DNA of 64,000 nucleotides from Azolla caroliniana (GCA_043228905.1 JBHGNT010000001.1:496001-560000), one strand, 5' to 3'. Positions 27,511 to 42,300 are shown, counted from the stretch's first letter. Notes: a model not told the origin generated them from the sequence alone. Translations and numbers: made by a program.

Positions 27511-28328
27511 CTCTTTGCATGTCAATGGTACTTTTAGTCCAATTGTTTGCTCATCAAGAGCAAAAAGTTCAGGTAAAACGCAAGAAGCTGAGATTCTTTG
27601 GACACAATTCTTTTTGTATGCCTCAAATTGGCTTAAAATACTATGAATAGCTCAATTTGCACAATGCTTTGTTTGTATATGACTTACCATACTAAAATAT
27701 AGAAATGAATAACAGGATTTTTGTATTTGTTCCAAAATTTCGTTTTTATGTCGTCTATGAATAAGCAGATTAATGTGATCTGTGTGTTGGCGTGTTTGAG
27801 GCCTCAATAAAGAGGCCTTCAATAATAATGTGTATTTTACTTTTTATCTGGCACTTCCTGTTGTCATCATATTGAGATGGACATGAAACTCTCTTATGCA
27901 GCTTATTCCTGAGTAACAAGCCTGCGCATTATTTGGGTTGATTGGCATTAGTTTCTCATCATTGTGAGCCTATCATATAGGGTTCCAAATTAAGGTGCAG
28001 ATGGGATTAGTTTCGTCTCTGTGCAGATGGGATTAGTGACTATAAAATTTGACATTTTAAATTGAAGAATGCAAATTGTATTATGTTATGAAGACATTCC
28101 ACAATGAGAAAGCACCAACTATATTCGTATTATTAAAGCTGAATTTTACAATGTGGGTTTCGCATATGTTACAATGTATCCATTTGATTAAATGTGAGGG
28201 GAATGGCTATTAGATAAACAAACTCAATTGGATCCACTAAATAGGGTTTCTGGAATCAGAAACCACTAGGAGGATGTAATAAAACCATACATTCTGAGCT
28301 CAGAAACTACATAAAAAAACGTGGACGT

Positions 28329-31300
28329 CTACATCCATCTCTTTGAGGACTTCTGTACAGAGATGGTCGGGGTAGTAGTACTCGATTGACGCGGCAGCGT
28401 TGCCTTGGCATAGCATTCAACAGTACCTCCTTCTGAAGACACTAGAGCAAAGAAGCACAATATTGCAGTGAGAGAGGTGATGTAGCTTGCAATCAAGGCA
28501 CATAGTTTACAATAAGATTCTTCAAGGAATCTTGCTCCTATATATACCTGCTATGAGCTTGGCTTCAAGGGTAGTAGTAGTGGCACTACCCACTCCTCGG
28601 GTCACAGTTGCTTTCTTGACGTGGGATCCTGTCATTGAAAATCTTCTGGATCTCCTTTGCACAGCACGAAGAGCGTTATTAGCATCTGTTTTGGGCAATG
28701 CACATAATGACTGCTTGACTGTGGGTAACCTGCAATATCCCGAAACATTATTCTCTTTTTATTATTCTCTTTTTTATTGAAGGGTTTTGTGTTTATGCCA
28801 TTGGCACATGGATCATAAGTTAGTTCATTCTTCATTATAACACATTAATAATTGGAGACTGGAAACAAAGCATCATGGAAACACTAACGATAAAAATAAT
28901 CCATAAGTTCATCCTATACCTTTTTTCCACAGTTCTCTTGTTTCCTTTGGTTTCAAGAACTGCACCCAGAGCCACCTTCTGCCATGATTCTGCATCATCT
29001 GAGCATTCACTAGATACAGCATAATCCTCAAAATTTAGACCACTCTGTGATCTCAATTCCATGGATGTTGAATCTCTATCTTTTGGGATAGAAAATGGCT
29101 TCAAAACTGACCCTCTCAATGCCCCCTCCTCGCCCCCTTTATTAGCACTGTTAAACACCATAGATTTCTCTAGGGACATCTTTGGTGTAAACATTTCATC
29201 TATCTGTGAGCTTAAACGTCGATTGCAATTGTCTTTCTCTCGAGGTGTGCTCGAAGAGGCATGTTCTATGCAACTCTCTCTTCTTATCTTGTTCTTGCTA
29301 ATGCTGCGAACTGAAGATGGCACCTCAAAGTCACCACCAGGAGAATCTTCATGAATGTAAGCATTACTTTGTCTATGAATCTTGATTGCCCTTCTCTTAA
29401 ATGAATCTTCATTAGCTTCTGAGAATTCATTCCTAAAGACACTTGGAGATAGAGCATCTAATGAGAGTGGCTGTAGATCTGTGGCTGGGATACATTTCGG
29501 CACAATACCTACATTGAGTGGGCTTGGTCGCATCTGCGGAAAGATAAAAAAACAACCAATGTTTTATTTCATCTTTTTGGAGAGGGGAAGTTAGAAGCCT
29601 GGTTAGTTCACTTCCTACCTCAGAATTGCGAACCTCTTCCAAGGGTTGCCTTCTTTTACCTTGGGCTTGTTGCGTCACATCAACACTTATCCTTCTTTGT
29701 TGATGCGGAATAACCGGTGAAGCTACACTCTTCAACTTGCCCCTCTCTTGTAAATTGTCGACCTGTTTTAGTTTTGCCTCCTTTTGACTTCTCTCTATTT
29801 CTAGGTCTTTTTTCACTAAAGCATCTTTCAAGAATGCTATCTGCAAAACGCTCAGATAAAAAGAGACATTCAATCAAATCTACAACTCATGTAGTTGTAC
29901 GTCAATAGTTGAAAATCACACATATGTATAAGTCAATAGTTGAACTTGCCTGGTCTTTCAGATCACGAACTTCTCCACTCTCTTTGTTTGATTGGGCAGC
30001 ACCAAGTTCTACTGTTGCAACCCTTTCTGCAAATTTCAAGGTGCTGACGGTCTCAGCATAGGATTCTTCATCTGGACTGACATGCACAAACATGAGTGTC
30101 TTGGCTTGTCCACCTATCAATAAGAATACGCAGAATGTTATGTACACTCCAAGGAGCCTTCGGCAATGTCCAGTAGAAACCAAATCTTGAACAAGATCTA
30201 ACCTAAAGAATCTTGGAGTACTTGTGTCAACTTGCTATTTCTGTACGGTACATGAGCACTCTTCTGAGCAAGGGCAGCAATAACATCGCCCAATGCTGAC
30301 AGCGACTTGTTGATGTGTTGTGCTTCCTTTAACCTATCACCAGTTACTTCTGACTTGTCTACTCTTTCACTGCCTGCAAGATCGACCAGATGAAGGCATC
30401 CACGAAGAATTGCCCCAGAACCAAGATCGGTAGCTTTCACATGGACAGCCAAAACACTGAAAGAACACAATATATCAAACAGTGAGATTTTATAGAGCTC
30501 CTACACCAAAAAAGAGTTCAATGTGCACAAACATAAACCTGTGAGATCTACTACTTCGCTCGTTCAAGGCAGTAGAACCTACAGCTCGGTTTTTATGTCC
30601 AAGAGTCATAAAGTCAAGAACATCTTTGGTACAACGGACAGGCAACATTGTTGCATCAGGCACATTAAGTCCGTTCTGTTGAGAGTTATTCCTGATTTCC
30701 AATGTTTGATGCTGTTAAGTCTTTCCAAAAAAAAACACTTCTGGAACATTTCTCACATAGACATGGACATGAAACAAACGTAGAACCGTGCATAGGATAT
30801 CTTTTGTTTGAGCCATCAGAACAAAGAAGATCCCGAACTTGCTCGTTGTAAATCTCCATCATCTGAACTCCGACTTCATATGACATGAATTCCTTCCTAT
30901 TCTGGGAGATCGCAAACAGATCATTCAATGCTCGGAAATTCACCCCTAAGTCATCAGCAGATGGGTTATTTGGCCCAGTCTGCAAAAAGGTTGTAAAGGT
31001 AGACTACTAATTAGAGATGCACCTAATATATCTCAACAAGACCGAAATAGGAGCACTTTACCATCGTATACGTCTTCCCTGATCCTGTCTGTCCATAAGC
31101 AAAAATGCAGACATTGAATCCATCCAGAACAGACCGAATTAATGGTTGTGTGTCGAGAAAAACTTCCTCTGCAAGAGAACATGCATACAGACAGTCAAGT
31201 TTCGTCATTTCTTTGAATTTTTCTTTTCAGTAATAATCATACACTTGCCTTGTGCTGCACTTGGTCCAAATACTTTATTGAAATTGAACGATTTGCGTTG

Positions 31301-34300
31301 ATCTTTCCCTTGTTTGCTAGGGTTCACAATCATTATTGAACCTTTCTCACCAACAAAATCCACAGTAGTTTGATTGCTGTTTTGGCCAGGAAGAAAGGGT
31401 CTAACTCTACAGTAGACCCTAATATTACCTGTGGTGCCCATAAGAAAACAAATTTAAGCAATCGCATCCTTCAATAGAATATATGGAACATGCTATGTAT
31501 TTTGTGTACAAAACTGAAGGACTTACCTTTGAGATCCTGGACTTGATTGTATAGTTCTCTATTTTCAGCAGCGACTTTGTGATATTCAGCAGCAATTTGA
31601 GCAAGTTCCTGAAGCTTGGTGTCTAAGAAATACATACCTATTACTATTTCATATCAAGACACTGGTTCTTACAATCTATACAGAATAATCAACACTAAAA
31701 CCAACCAAGGGCCTCCATTTCCTTTCTCCATTGATCCTGAACACCTTGAAATTCCTCTTTACTGGTTTCAAGCATGTGTTTTAATCTCTTTTTACATGCA
31801 CGGCCACACACAGGCAAACTTAGTGACACTATCGATAGATAATAAGAAACCTCAAAATCTTAGAATTAAATAAACTAAACGTACAATAAGCTCTTCGTTT
31901 TGAGATCCTAACACATGGGCACGGCACTGGTTTATCTTCAAGGCTTCTTCCAGCTCCATTTGTAAGGTGTGAATCTCAGCCTCAATTCCATCATCCCTTG
32001 TTGTAGAATGGTTTCTTTTAAACTTCACATATACATAAACACACAAAATCCTTCTCTTTCAGATGAAATCAGATATACGAAGATTCACTCTACTTGTTTA
32101 TTTATTAGACACATCAATAATCTACTATTTACATGTTCCTCATGAGTGATCAATCTGCGTTCATATTCTTCGATTACTTTCCTTATCATAACCTCCACAA
32201 TCTGCATAGAGAATTCATCTTCCTCAGCAGAATTAGTATGAAGCAAACTATCAAATCAGGAGGAGAATTTAAGTCTATCTACTCACCAAAGGGACCTCTT
32301 CTGGTTGCTTATCACAAAGACCCAGAGTTATCAACTTTGAAAGTGAATCCGATGAAATGCTCTGTAAAATAATATTAAGGACAATGGAAGCGTATGAGCA
32401 CTCAAAATAGAATGTGGAGTCATATACAAAATAGAACATATTATTGAAAAACAAACCTCGAGGCTACTATGAGGTGTATCAGGCATTTGATCCATCAAGA
32501 TTTCTTCCTGTGAAGCTTTACCATTGGCCCTGACAACTTCACTAAACCTCTGGTTCACATGTTGTGCCCATACCGAACTAAAATCTGATCATAAGAGAAA
32601 GATAAAGAGAAAAAATACACACAAATGGAATCGAGATAAGATGCAAAGACAAAATATGAACACCTACCAATCTCATCCATGAATTCATCGTTAGAATGCC
32701 CTCTAGACTGACCAAAGCGCACACTTTGACCGCTGAATGGACTACTCATTTCATCAAATGGAAACCGTTTGCGGGATGAGTCTCTTATCTGACAATATTG
32801 GTGAGACGATGGATGATGATTCTCTGTGTGTCTTCCAGGACCAGCCTTCGTCAAGTGTTTGAGAGGACATGGAGTTCTGTATGATCCTCCACCTATCGCT
32901 TTCCATAGCCTTGGGCCTCCATGAAGTTGCCATTCCTGATATGCCTTGAGAGACAAGATGCAGTCTACAATTTTAGCTGAGGATGAACCTATCTGTAAGC
33001 TTCCTCCCTGATTACCATCACACCAGAGAAGAAGAATTAAGGGAGAATGAAATTCTGATGTTGTCTAATTCTACAACTCTGAAGGGATGGTTTGGATTGA
33101 GTGGTGTCTCTTACTTTGTCAAGATCAGATGCTTGAAAGGATGGAAGATTCAGGTCCTCAACAGCTTGAAGGAAGTTTCTGACGTTCTCGAAGTATTGAT
33201 ATGCAGATAGTGCTGCTCCCTGAGGTGGAGGGCTGGAAGGCGCAGGGTTTTCCACGATCTGGGATGACAAACAAGAAGACAAAAGAAGATTGAGTTTGTA
33301 ATTGCATTGAATTTGTCAGTGCAGGTATATTGCCATTGCAAGAAAAAAGGCTTTCTTCTTCAGTTGCCACAGACACAATACACAAGTCAAATGATGCAGA
33401 TGTTCTCATTGAAGTAAAAATGGTTACATGAATAATGCCGCATCAACTTTCTCCTCCTCCTCCTCCTCCCTTTTCATATTACATACCTTCAGAACTGCAC
33501 CAGGATGGATCTTGTTGATGAGACTACATAGTACCAGACCATTCCTCAGGCAATGGCGGAGCTCCTCCTCTGATGGCTCAAAAGGCAAGTCCGAGAGAGG
33601 TCCAACCATCTTCTGAATCCATGATGCTGCTTGAAACCTCCTCGAAGCTGAAGCACACGCAGAAAACTTAGTAATACTTTCTTTTAGAGTCTGGGTATGG
33701 ATTTCTGAAATAAAAAAAGCCGTGATGAAAAATACGAAACTCCGATTACCTGCTTCATTCGCTTTTCGAGATGCTAGGGTCACGTCGCTAAGGCGGTCGC
33801 AGGTAAGTCGAGGTCCACCTGATTAGAGTTAACACAGACGTTTCATTTTAGAAACATTACGGCATTCACAGCGGAAAAAGAATGATGGAAAAATCTACAT
33901 GGAAAAAGGAGGTCGCAAGAGATCAAGACCGCAAAAAATGTAGAAGATCAATTTAGATGCAGACGATCAATGGAGATGAAAAAGACGAAGAAAGAAACGG
34001 TAGAAAAGGGAGAATCCTCACCTGGTTCGTTCGCTTTCTTTGTGGATGAGAGATTCAGATCGTTGAGACATTCTTTAAGCACGTCTGTGTGATGAAATCC
34101 ATTCCATCAATCAGACATGTTCTCTATGTTCACTCGAGTTTTGAGACTCGAAGAAATCACAGTATCTAAGAAGCAAATGCAAAGAAGTGAAAGGAAGATG
34201 GAGAGGAAGAACGGAATGAAGGAAAACTTACCTGACTCGTGAACAGATTCGGTGATGGCGGAAGGAGTTCGATTGCCGTGGCCATGTCCATATCCATATC

Positions 34301-34391
34301 CATTTCCGAACGGCGTAGTACTGCTGTAATGGAGGAGCTTGGAGCTCGATTTGTAGTCGGGTGGAGTAGCTTCAAATGCGAGGTGAAGCAT
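28329..34391 (-). CDS. KCH: Kinesin-14 with N-terminal calponin-homology domain (KCH type), many exons
   Basis: CH domain ([38 protein letters not shown]); motor domain [51 protein letters not shown]; C-terminus SSKRWM* with TAG at 28331-28329. Start ATG 34391 is inferred. Confidence 0.92.
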
Positions 34392-34595
34392 GGTGTGCAG
34401 AGAAAGGGCAGGGAGGAAGAGGTGAAAATAACGGAGAAAGGCAAGGAGAAAGATATGCACAGAGAGATGGATAGAGAGATGAAAATAAAGAAGAAGAAGA
34501 AGAAGAAGAAGAAAGAAGGTGGAACGATGAGAGGAGAGAGAGCTATGGCGGATACTAAAGTTTTTTCTTTCTGTTTCTATTGAGAGAGAGAAGAA

Positions 34596-34638
<43 letters not shown>

Positions 34639-34695
34639 GAATTATTTTTAAAATTGCAGTTTTGGATTTTCTTTTCCAACTCCTTTGCATCTGCC

Positions 34696-34928
34696 GACGT
34701 GGCGTCCACGTAGGACGGTGGGCCCCAACGGTCATCCTTTGGCGCCCTCACACGTGGCAAGGCCTCATGCCACGCAGGCGCGTGCCTTTCGCGCCGTTTT
34801 TGTTTTTTGGGCTAGGCAAGAAACGAGAAAGGAAAAAGAGAAATTCATTTTTCCGTATGAAAAGTTAAATTAATTAAGTGATTCATCCTTTTCTTTGGGA
34901 GGGGAAGGGCTTGAATATAGCCGTTGGA
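34696..34928. promoter_or_regulatory. Kinesin promoter: two MSA elements plus G-box/ABRE motifs
   Basis: CCCAACGGTCA (34724-34734) and TCCAACGGCTA (minus strand, 34918-34928) both match the MSA consensus YCYAACGGYYA; CACGTG at 34751-34756; GACGTGGC at 34696-34703. Confidence 0.6.
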
Positions 34929-37118
34929 GAGGGCTTTTTTATTTTTCTTCATAACAATAAGTAATTCACATCACACTGTACCATGAATGTGGTAATAAAG
35001 AAGAAGGCATTTACAGTCTGGATTTGAACCCTCGACATAAAACTGACGAGACTCACCTCTGCCCATCCATCACCTAATCCATGATGTCTTCAATTGTTTT
35101 TCACTCTTGTCTCGTGAGTCTATCATCCCATTCAATGCCATCATCCTTTCCTCATGTCCATTCTCTACTAAGACTTGCCCACTTGGCAACACACGCACAT
35201 ACAAGTCATTGTCTAATGTGAATTGGTCTTTTGAAATTCATCATGACCTTCGATTGGGCAATAAGTCTTTCATGTCATTCATTTCATAGGTTAGATGTCA
35301 TGTGAATCCTTAAACATGCACATTCCATCATATGGCCATTTCTCTCATTCCATATTGAATAGGGAAGGTAGTGTGATTGTTACATTGGATTTTTTTTTTT
35401 GTTACATTGGATTGTATGTTGGTAAATTGTCAAACTAGAAATTGTTTCCTTTAATTTAGAATTATTTAGCTAAATCTTTTAACTGCCATTTGCCATTAAA
35501 TTCTTCCGTTGTCTATTCCCATATTATTCTATCTAGAAGAGAATGTAGCGTCAATATTATTTTATGTTGACAAGAGGTATGTTCTATGTTGCTACTAAAC
35601 CCATATGATAGAAATCGTTTTCATTTAGATAAAACAATTTAATCATATCGTTATAAGTTACCTATAATATATGTATATTTATTGTACATGTACATATACA
35701 TATGCACACAATGCATCAAAATTAAGAATACACATTTCAGTCTTGTATATTTTAGAGGGACATGGGAAACAAGACATTTATATGTCCACAAGGCTCTTTG
35801 TGTTCTTGGGGACAATATTTTAAATTACATCGGTGTGTCTCATGTGACGCATAATGAAGAGGACCACATCAGTTTAGCTTGTATCGGACTTCTATTGGCA
35901 CAAAAAACTATTCTCGTTCTTCTCAAGATGGACTCCAAATTGTGTTTTCCATCTCATACTTGTTCACAATGAAAAAAGTGCGTCTTAGCATATACATTTT
36001 TTATGAAATTCTTTTCTTCCTTTATAATGGGGAAGGTGGGTCTTTTAAACTTGTACTAATCTTCTAATATGTTACATAAGCTCCCTATGTATAATAAACA
36101 AGTATGTAAAGGGTTCTATGTAAAACATGTGTTTATGTCCTAAGGAACACCATCCGAAATCATGCAAAGAAAGCATGTGGTTTAAAAATAGTTATAAGCG
36201 TTTGTGCACATTTATAATGAATCATCAAGGATTGATGGATGATGTTTCAAAAACACCGGATTTCCATCATCTCACCATTTACTCTAAATATTACCACATC
36301 ATCAACAATATATACATTATGGTCTCACCATCTTTTCATGTCCTCTTCTTTATCAACGCAAATTAAAAGGGCATATCAATAGATAACTACGAGTTATATG
36401 TGATTGGTTGACTGATGGTTCAACTCCTAGACATCACTTTTTAAGTCCTAGCATATATACATCCTACAAATAAATTAAGGGCCATGCACTAAGCATTTCA
36501 TGTACTATGTTTTGTAGAGTGAATATATATACATGACATGAAACTTTGGTGCACAAAAGTAACAACAATCTAAATTGTTGTAAGACATGCATTGTATACT
36601 TCTATTTTGAAAGTATTTTATCTATTAGGCTCATTCTCTTCCTAGACAGGAAACATTCTTACTTGGCCGACGTTGATTGACTATTTCTCATTTTTCTTAT
36701 TGAGACTCACTCATGTTATGCAAGTTCTAAGGCACCTTGTAGAAAAACTTGAACTACAAGTAGATCCCACTATGTTCTATGAATGATGGAAATTTACAAT
36801 CGATACAATGTTTTGACATGGATACGATGTGCAAAATGGTTTATAAGTTGAAAAACATAAATTCTGTAAGGACGACAAGCATTAAACATTGATTTTGTAT
36901 TCTTCTTGTGTTTATGCATGTAGGTTTATTAAATATTACTTATTTGTTTAGCAAAAGAATTTGTCATATAAATGTGTAAGGCCATTGCTTACAATGATGA
37001 CCATGTGATTTTAGTGATGCTTATAAAAATCATTGTGGATATATAACATGTTGCCATAAGAAGGATGTAAAGAATCAGGAATGATTCTATGCAGCGGAAG
37101 GGATATGTGTGTTTACGT

Positions 37119-38243
37119 TCTCGTGAAGGATTCCGGCCATAAAGAGAAACGGAGCCAAGTGCACACGAACGGGTGTGGGCACCGATGCACACAAATAAAG
37201 TATTATGTACCTACATAATGTAAATAGCATAGGACTAGTAAGTACTAGGTAGTAGAATCTCCGACACCGATCACGATGTAACGGTCTCCCCTTGTGCTAT
37301 AAAAGGGGATGCTTGAGCCTGTTTTAGGGATCCGGGTTTGGGAGGACGAAGTGTTGTTGGTTCGTGGGCCTAACTCTCTCTCTCTCTCTCTCTCTCTTGT
37401 GCACGATTCTGTAAGGAAGCCTCTGCTAGCGTAGGACGCCCGTGAGCTCTCGCCCAGAGGCTCCTCGGTCTGTCTGTGTGCGTGTTTGGGTGGGGGGTGT
37501 GTTTCATAGAGCGTATGACTCTGCTACCGGCCGAGCCCGATTGTCATCTACTTACCTTAATCTATTAGCTTCTCGTTTCGGGTTTTCATCTCTATTTCTA
37601 TTTCTTTGTAATTGGCTTCCCGCTCTACCTACGAATTGCGCGAACCTACACACTTGTTGTCCAGCTTCCAGTAACCGATCAGGCACACCGTCATGGTTGC
37701 TCTTCCTACTCCCTCAGAATCCTTGGTTTGAGACCCCCATGGTCCTGCCCGTTTCAACACTTACTTGTGGAAAACCGTGATATCTTTGGTGAACCTTACG
37801 TGAAAGGGGCAACAAAGGCGTCCGAAGATGAGAGGAAGCGAACTCGTTGAAGCAATGGCAGTGGATGTAGACCGTCTAGTTAACGCTCGCGAGGGCATGA
37901 GCGCCCTTGATAGGGCCATAGAAACGATGGTCGACAAGATAGGCCGGTTTAATGGGAAAGATGCAACAAGCTACCTGGAGGCCTACAGGGCCGAGATGCT
38001 GATGAGGAATGTTTCGGAGGACATACGGTTACCCGGGTTCCCTCGGGTAGTAACACCGAGCATCCATGAGGAGGTGCTCGAAGTGCAAGCGGAGTGCCGT
38101 AATTGGGTAGACTTCGAGGGGTGGGTACTTGAGAAGTACGGCTTTGATGATTCTCTCCGGTTGTCGAAGAAGGACTTTATGGATTGGTTTGAGACCCCCG
38201 TGGTCCTGCCCGTTTCAACACTTACTCGTGGAAAACCGCGACA
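37119..38243 (+). mobile_element. Internally deleted Ty3/Gypsy element related to 52578-59697: 5' LTR 37119-37782, Trp-type PBS, truncated gag, last ~60 bp of the 3' LTR
   Basis: TSD ACGT at 37115-37118 and 38244-38247, with the empty site visible in the other Copia LTR at 43736-43739. PBS TGGTGAACCTTACGTGA 37787-37803. gag MRGSELVEAM...GRFNGKDAT aligns to MKGADLAEAM...GRFTGKDAT. Confidence 0.9.
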
Positions 38244-38247
38244 ACGT

Positions 38248-38334
<87 letters not shown>

Positions 38335-38336
<2 letters not shown>

Positions 38337-38973
38337 CCGATCACAGGTGGTGGCTGATCTTACAATGTAGTTGGCATTCTAAATTGCCACTTGTAGCAAA
38401 GGTCTTCATTTGGAGAGTTTTGATTGGAGGATTGCCTTTGAGATTAGCTCTAAAGTGTCGTGGACTAGCAACGGGTAATTGCTTTTTTTGCATTGTTGAA
38501 ATGGAAGATAGTACTCATCAATTTATATAATGTTCGATTGCTTGTCAGATTTGGAGTTACATTTCTCAAATTTGGCAAGTCTTATCACGGTGTTATTTGA
38601 CACCTAGACAATGGGTGTTTGCACAATTTACACAGGTTGACCCAAAATCAGAGACGGAGATCGTTTTTCTATTTTTGAGAATTGCATCATAATTGGAATA
38701 TGCGCAATGCTTTTGTATTCGATGGTAGACATAGAGTGAAAGCATATCTACGAAAGTTTAAGGGACTCAGTACTAATGTGACAATTTTCTTTATTGGAGC
38801 AAGTGGAAATTCTTTCCTCGGTGGAATGTTCGTCTTGCCTATTGGCAATTCAACATGTTCCATTACCCATGTAGTGTAGTGTAGTTAGCGGGTGACCATA
38901 CTTCATGGTCACACCCATTGTAAGTAGTGTTTTTTACACACATTTATTAATATAATTGTGTGTTTTCACCAAA
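38335..38973 (+). mobile_element. 5'-truncated LINE 3' fragment inside the Copia 3' LTR, flanked by (GA)n
   Basis: Roughly 90% identical by eye to ~49833-50474; encodes KVFIWRVLIGGLP...CFFC; (GA)n at 38250-38334 and 38974-38986. Confidence 0.88.
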
Positions 38974-39387
38974 AGAGAGAGAGAGATACAAAAAAACACT
39001 GAAAAACTGTATTAACAAGAATAAGACAACCAACAACACAGAGGTGGAGAGAGGTGCTTATATAGGCACCTTCTTACTATACAACCACCACTTACTAAAG
39101 AGTGGTGGAGACTTAACTACACTAAATATGTCTCATAGAACTATAAGATTCTATGACACACTAGTTACTATAGTAGGTGGTGGGGTGTTCATACACTAGG
39201 GTGTGTTCCCACATTAGGGAAGTTGAGTTTGATTCTCAACACGCCCCTTCAAACACAACTTCTGTTCACCAAAAAGTTGGTTTGGTCTCTTCGATCCGGC
39301 CGAATCGGCTTCGCTTCGGATGGTCGATACTTTTTCAATTCGCTTCGATTCGGCTACTCCTTCATGTCGGCGTCTGTAGGGCAGCTC

Positions 39388-42300
39388 CTAATTTGTTGTG
39401 TTGTCATGTAAGGCAGGCATCTCCTCCATACTCCCCCTCAAGCTCAGTTGGTCGGTGATCGAGAGACCTAGGTTCGTCGCGAACTGCCGTAGCTTGTCGA
39501 CTTTGAGTCCCTTTGTCAAGATGTCGGTCGTCTCCAAGCTCGAGCTAATGTGTCGCAGGCCGATATCTCTAGCCAAATCACATTCTCGAATGAAATGGTA
39601 GTGCAACTCAATGTGCTTAGGCCGGGCGTGCAAGACTGGGTTGCGGGCCAGGTGGATGATGCTCATGGTTTCGCAATACAGGGGAACCAGATCCTTGATG
39701 GGAACACCCAGATCCTTCAATATTCCCTTGAGCCAGACAGACACGTCACGATATTCGACTTCGGTGCTCGACAATGTGATTGTCGGTTGTGTTTTAATGC
39801 TCCATTATATGGCGCTGCTGCCGAGAGAGAAGACAAATCTGGATGTCAATCGTTTGTCAGCTTTGTAATTGGCCCAATCGGCATCGGTGTACCCTTCGAG
39901 TTGAATTGGTGTTGCCGATCTGTAGACGATGCCGAAATCCATTGTCCCACTCACATAGCGTAATACTCACTTAACACAGTCTATATGGAGGTTTCGCGGT
40001 GTCTGCATAAACTGGCTAAGGAGACCGACTTGGTAGCTGAGGTCAGGTCGATTGATGTTGAGGGTGATAAGGCTTCCGACAAGTCAACAATAAAATGTCG
40101 GCTCACACTCTTCTGTGCTAGAATCGGCATCTAGCCTTATGTTTTGATCAAAAGGGGTAGTGACGAGCTTACACTCTGTCATCCCAAACTTGAAGAGAAG
40201 ATTGAGGATATAGTGTCGTTGGGAGATCATGATGTTGTCTGGAGTCTGAATTACTTATATCCCTAGAAAGTAATGTAGCTCCTTCATGTCCTTCATTTCG
40301 AATCGGCTGGAGAGCAGCTTCTTGGTATATTCAATATCCCCAATGTGCTCTCCTCCAATGGTCAAGTCGTCCACATAAATTATGATAAATAGTTGTCCCC
40401 TGGAGTCGTTCCGAATGAATAGAGAATTGTCTAACTTGGACATTCGAAAGCCAATTTGGTGAAGTTATTGCGTTATCTTCGAATGTCATGCTCTTGGTGC
40501 CTGCTTGAGACCGCAGAGAGGCTTTTTGAGTTAGCAAACAACAGTCGGATGCGTACTCGACTCGAATCCACGTGGTTGCACCATGGACACTTCCTCATCT
40601 AACTCACCTTGTAGGAAGATGTTCTTTACATCCATTTGGTGGAGGTGTCACCCATTTGTTGTTGCAAACACGATCATGGTTTGAATGGTAGTCATCTTTG
40701 CCACCGGAGGAAAGGTCTCTTCGTAATCGATCCAGTGTGTCTGCGCATACCCTTTTGCCACAAGCCGAGCCTTATATCGATTGACGGTTCCGTCGGCATT
40801 GTGCTTCACCTTAAATATTCACCGACATCCGATCGCCTTTTTGTGGGGTGAAGAGGGAATGAGATCCCAAGTCTCCTTTTTGGAGATCACTTGCATTTCC
40901 ACATTCATCACATTGACCCATCACGGGTCCTTGGTGGCTTTAGAAAACGTTTCCATCTCTCAGATTGTCTCCACCTTCATCATAAAGGCATAATGATATG
41001 CCATGTAGTCATTGTGGCCGAATCAGCTGACTACGTTCTTTTCTCGGGTGGAGCGACATCATGTTTCATATAGTCTTTGTCTGCACTTTCTTGGCTCCTG
41101 GTATGACCGACAAATCTAAACCACTAAACACACTCTCGGGTGAGTGTTCCTTTGTACTCAGGCATTTTGGCCTTCCCTTTGTCCATCTTCGGACTCGGCT
41201 GCAACTTGCTTTGGTCACTTAGGGGCTCCTTTGGTCCACTAAACCTAGTTGGGACTGGACTCTCTTTTGATGTGAGCCTTAGTCAGTTTTCCTCCTACGA
41301 GTCGATATCGAAATCAGTGTCGATTGGATGATCGGATGGAGACGAGTCGACCGAGTACCAGTATGCCGATTCGTCGAATACAACATCCCTACTCACTTGT
41401 ACCTTTTTGGTAGATGGGTTGAAGCACTTGTACCCCTTTTGTTCGAGTGAGTACCCCACAAGGATACACTTCTCCGATTTCGGATCGAGCTTTTGCCGCT
41501 TTTCATCGGGAATATGTATGAATGATATCGAGCCAAATATCTTGACGTGGGATAAGTTCGGATTCTTTCCATATAACTTTTCGTGGGGGGTGATATCGTG
41601 CACTCCAGATGTTGTGCCCCCTCTAATATGTGCCGATTTTTACGTTTGGCACTTCATTTTGCTGAGGTGAGTGTTGACAACTGAATTCCCTTCGAATTCC
41701 TTCATGTTGAAGGTATGTTGAGAAGGCATCGAAGAAATACTGCTTGCCGACGTCCGATCGAAGGCATTGAACATGTCGACTTGTTGTTTTTTCGACTTCA
41801 TTTTTTGAATTTTTGGAAGTGTTTGAACAATTCACGTTTCTGCCGCATAGGGTAGATCCGGGTGTGCCTGGAGAAGTCGTCGATGAACGTGACATAATAT
41901 CAGCATATGTCGAATGTGGTTGTATGTGCCTGTCCCCATACATATGAGTGTACTATATCCTGGGTCCCTTTGCTCACATTCGTCTCTTTCGGTAACGGTT
42001 GTCGATGTTGTTTGCCGAATTGACAGGCTTCATATACACCCACCATCTCTTTTTCGGTAAAAGTTGGGAGTTTGATGACGACTCCTTTCGACTGTGTCCC
42101 GTTGAGCTTTTGGAGATTAATGTGGTCGATTTGTTTGTGCCATAGCTCTATGTTGGTGTCGGCTTTATGGTCCTTGGCATACATTGTCGATTTAATCTCG
42201 TGAGTGTCGAGGATGAACATTCGGCATTCTCTTCGACCACATGTGATAATTCGACTTTCCTTTTCAATGAGGCATCCTCCATCATTGAACTGAACTTGCA

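Noticed and set aside
39424-39444. Second PPT-like TTGAGGGGGAG at the end of Copia RNase H
   Set aside because: Coincides with the usual LRG coding end; the LTR boundary defined by LTR-LTR homology is at 39241 with its own PPT.
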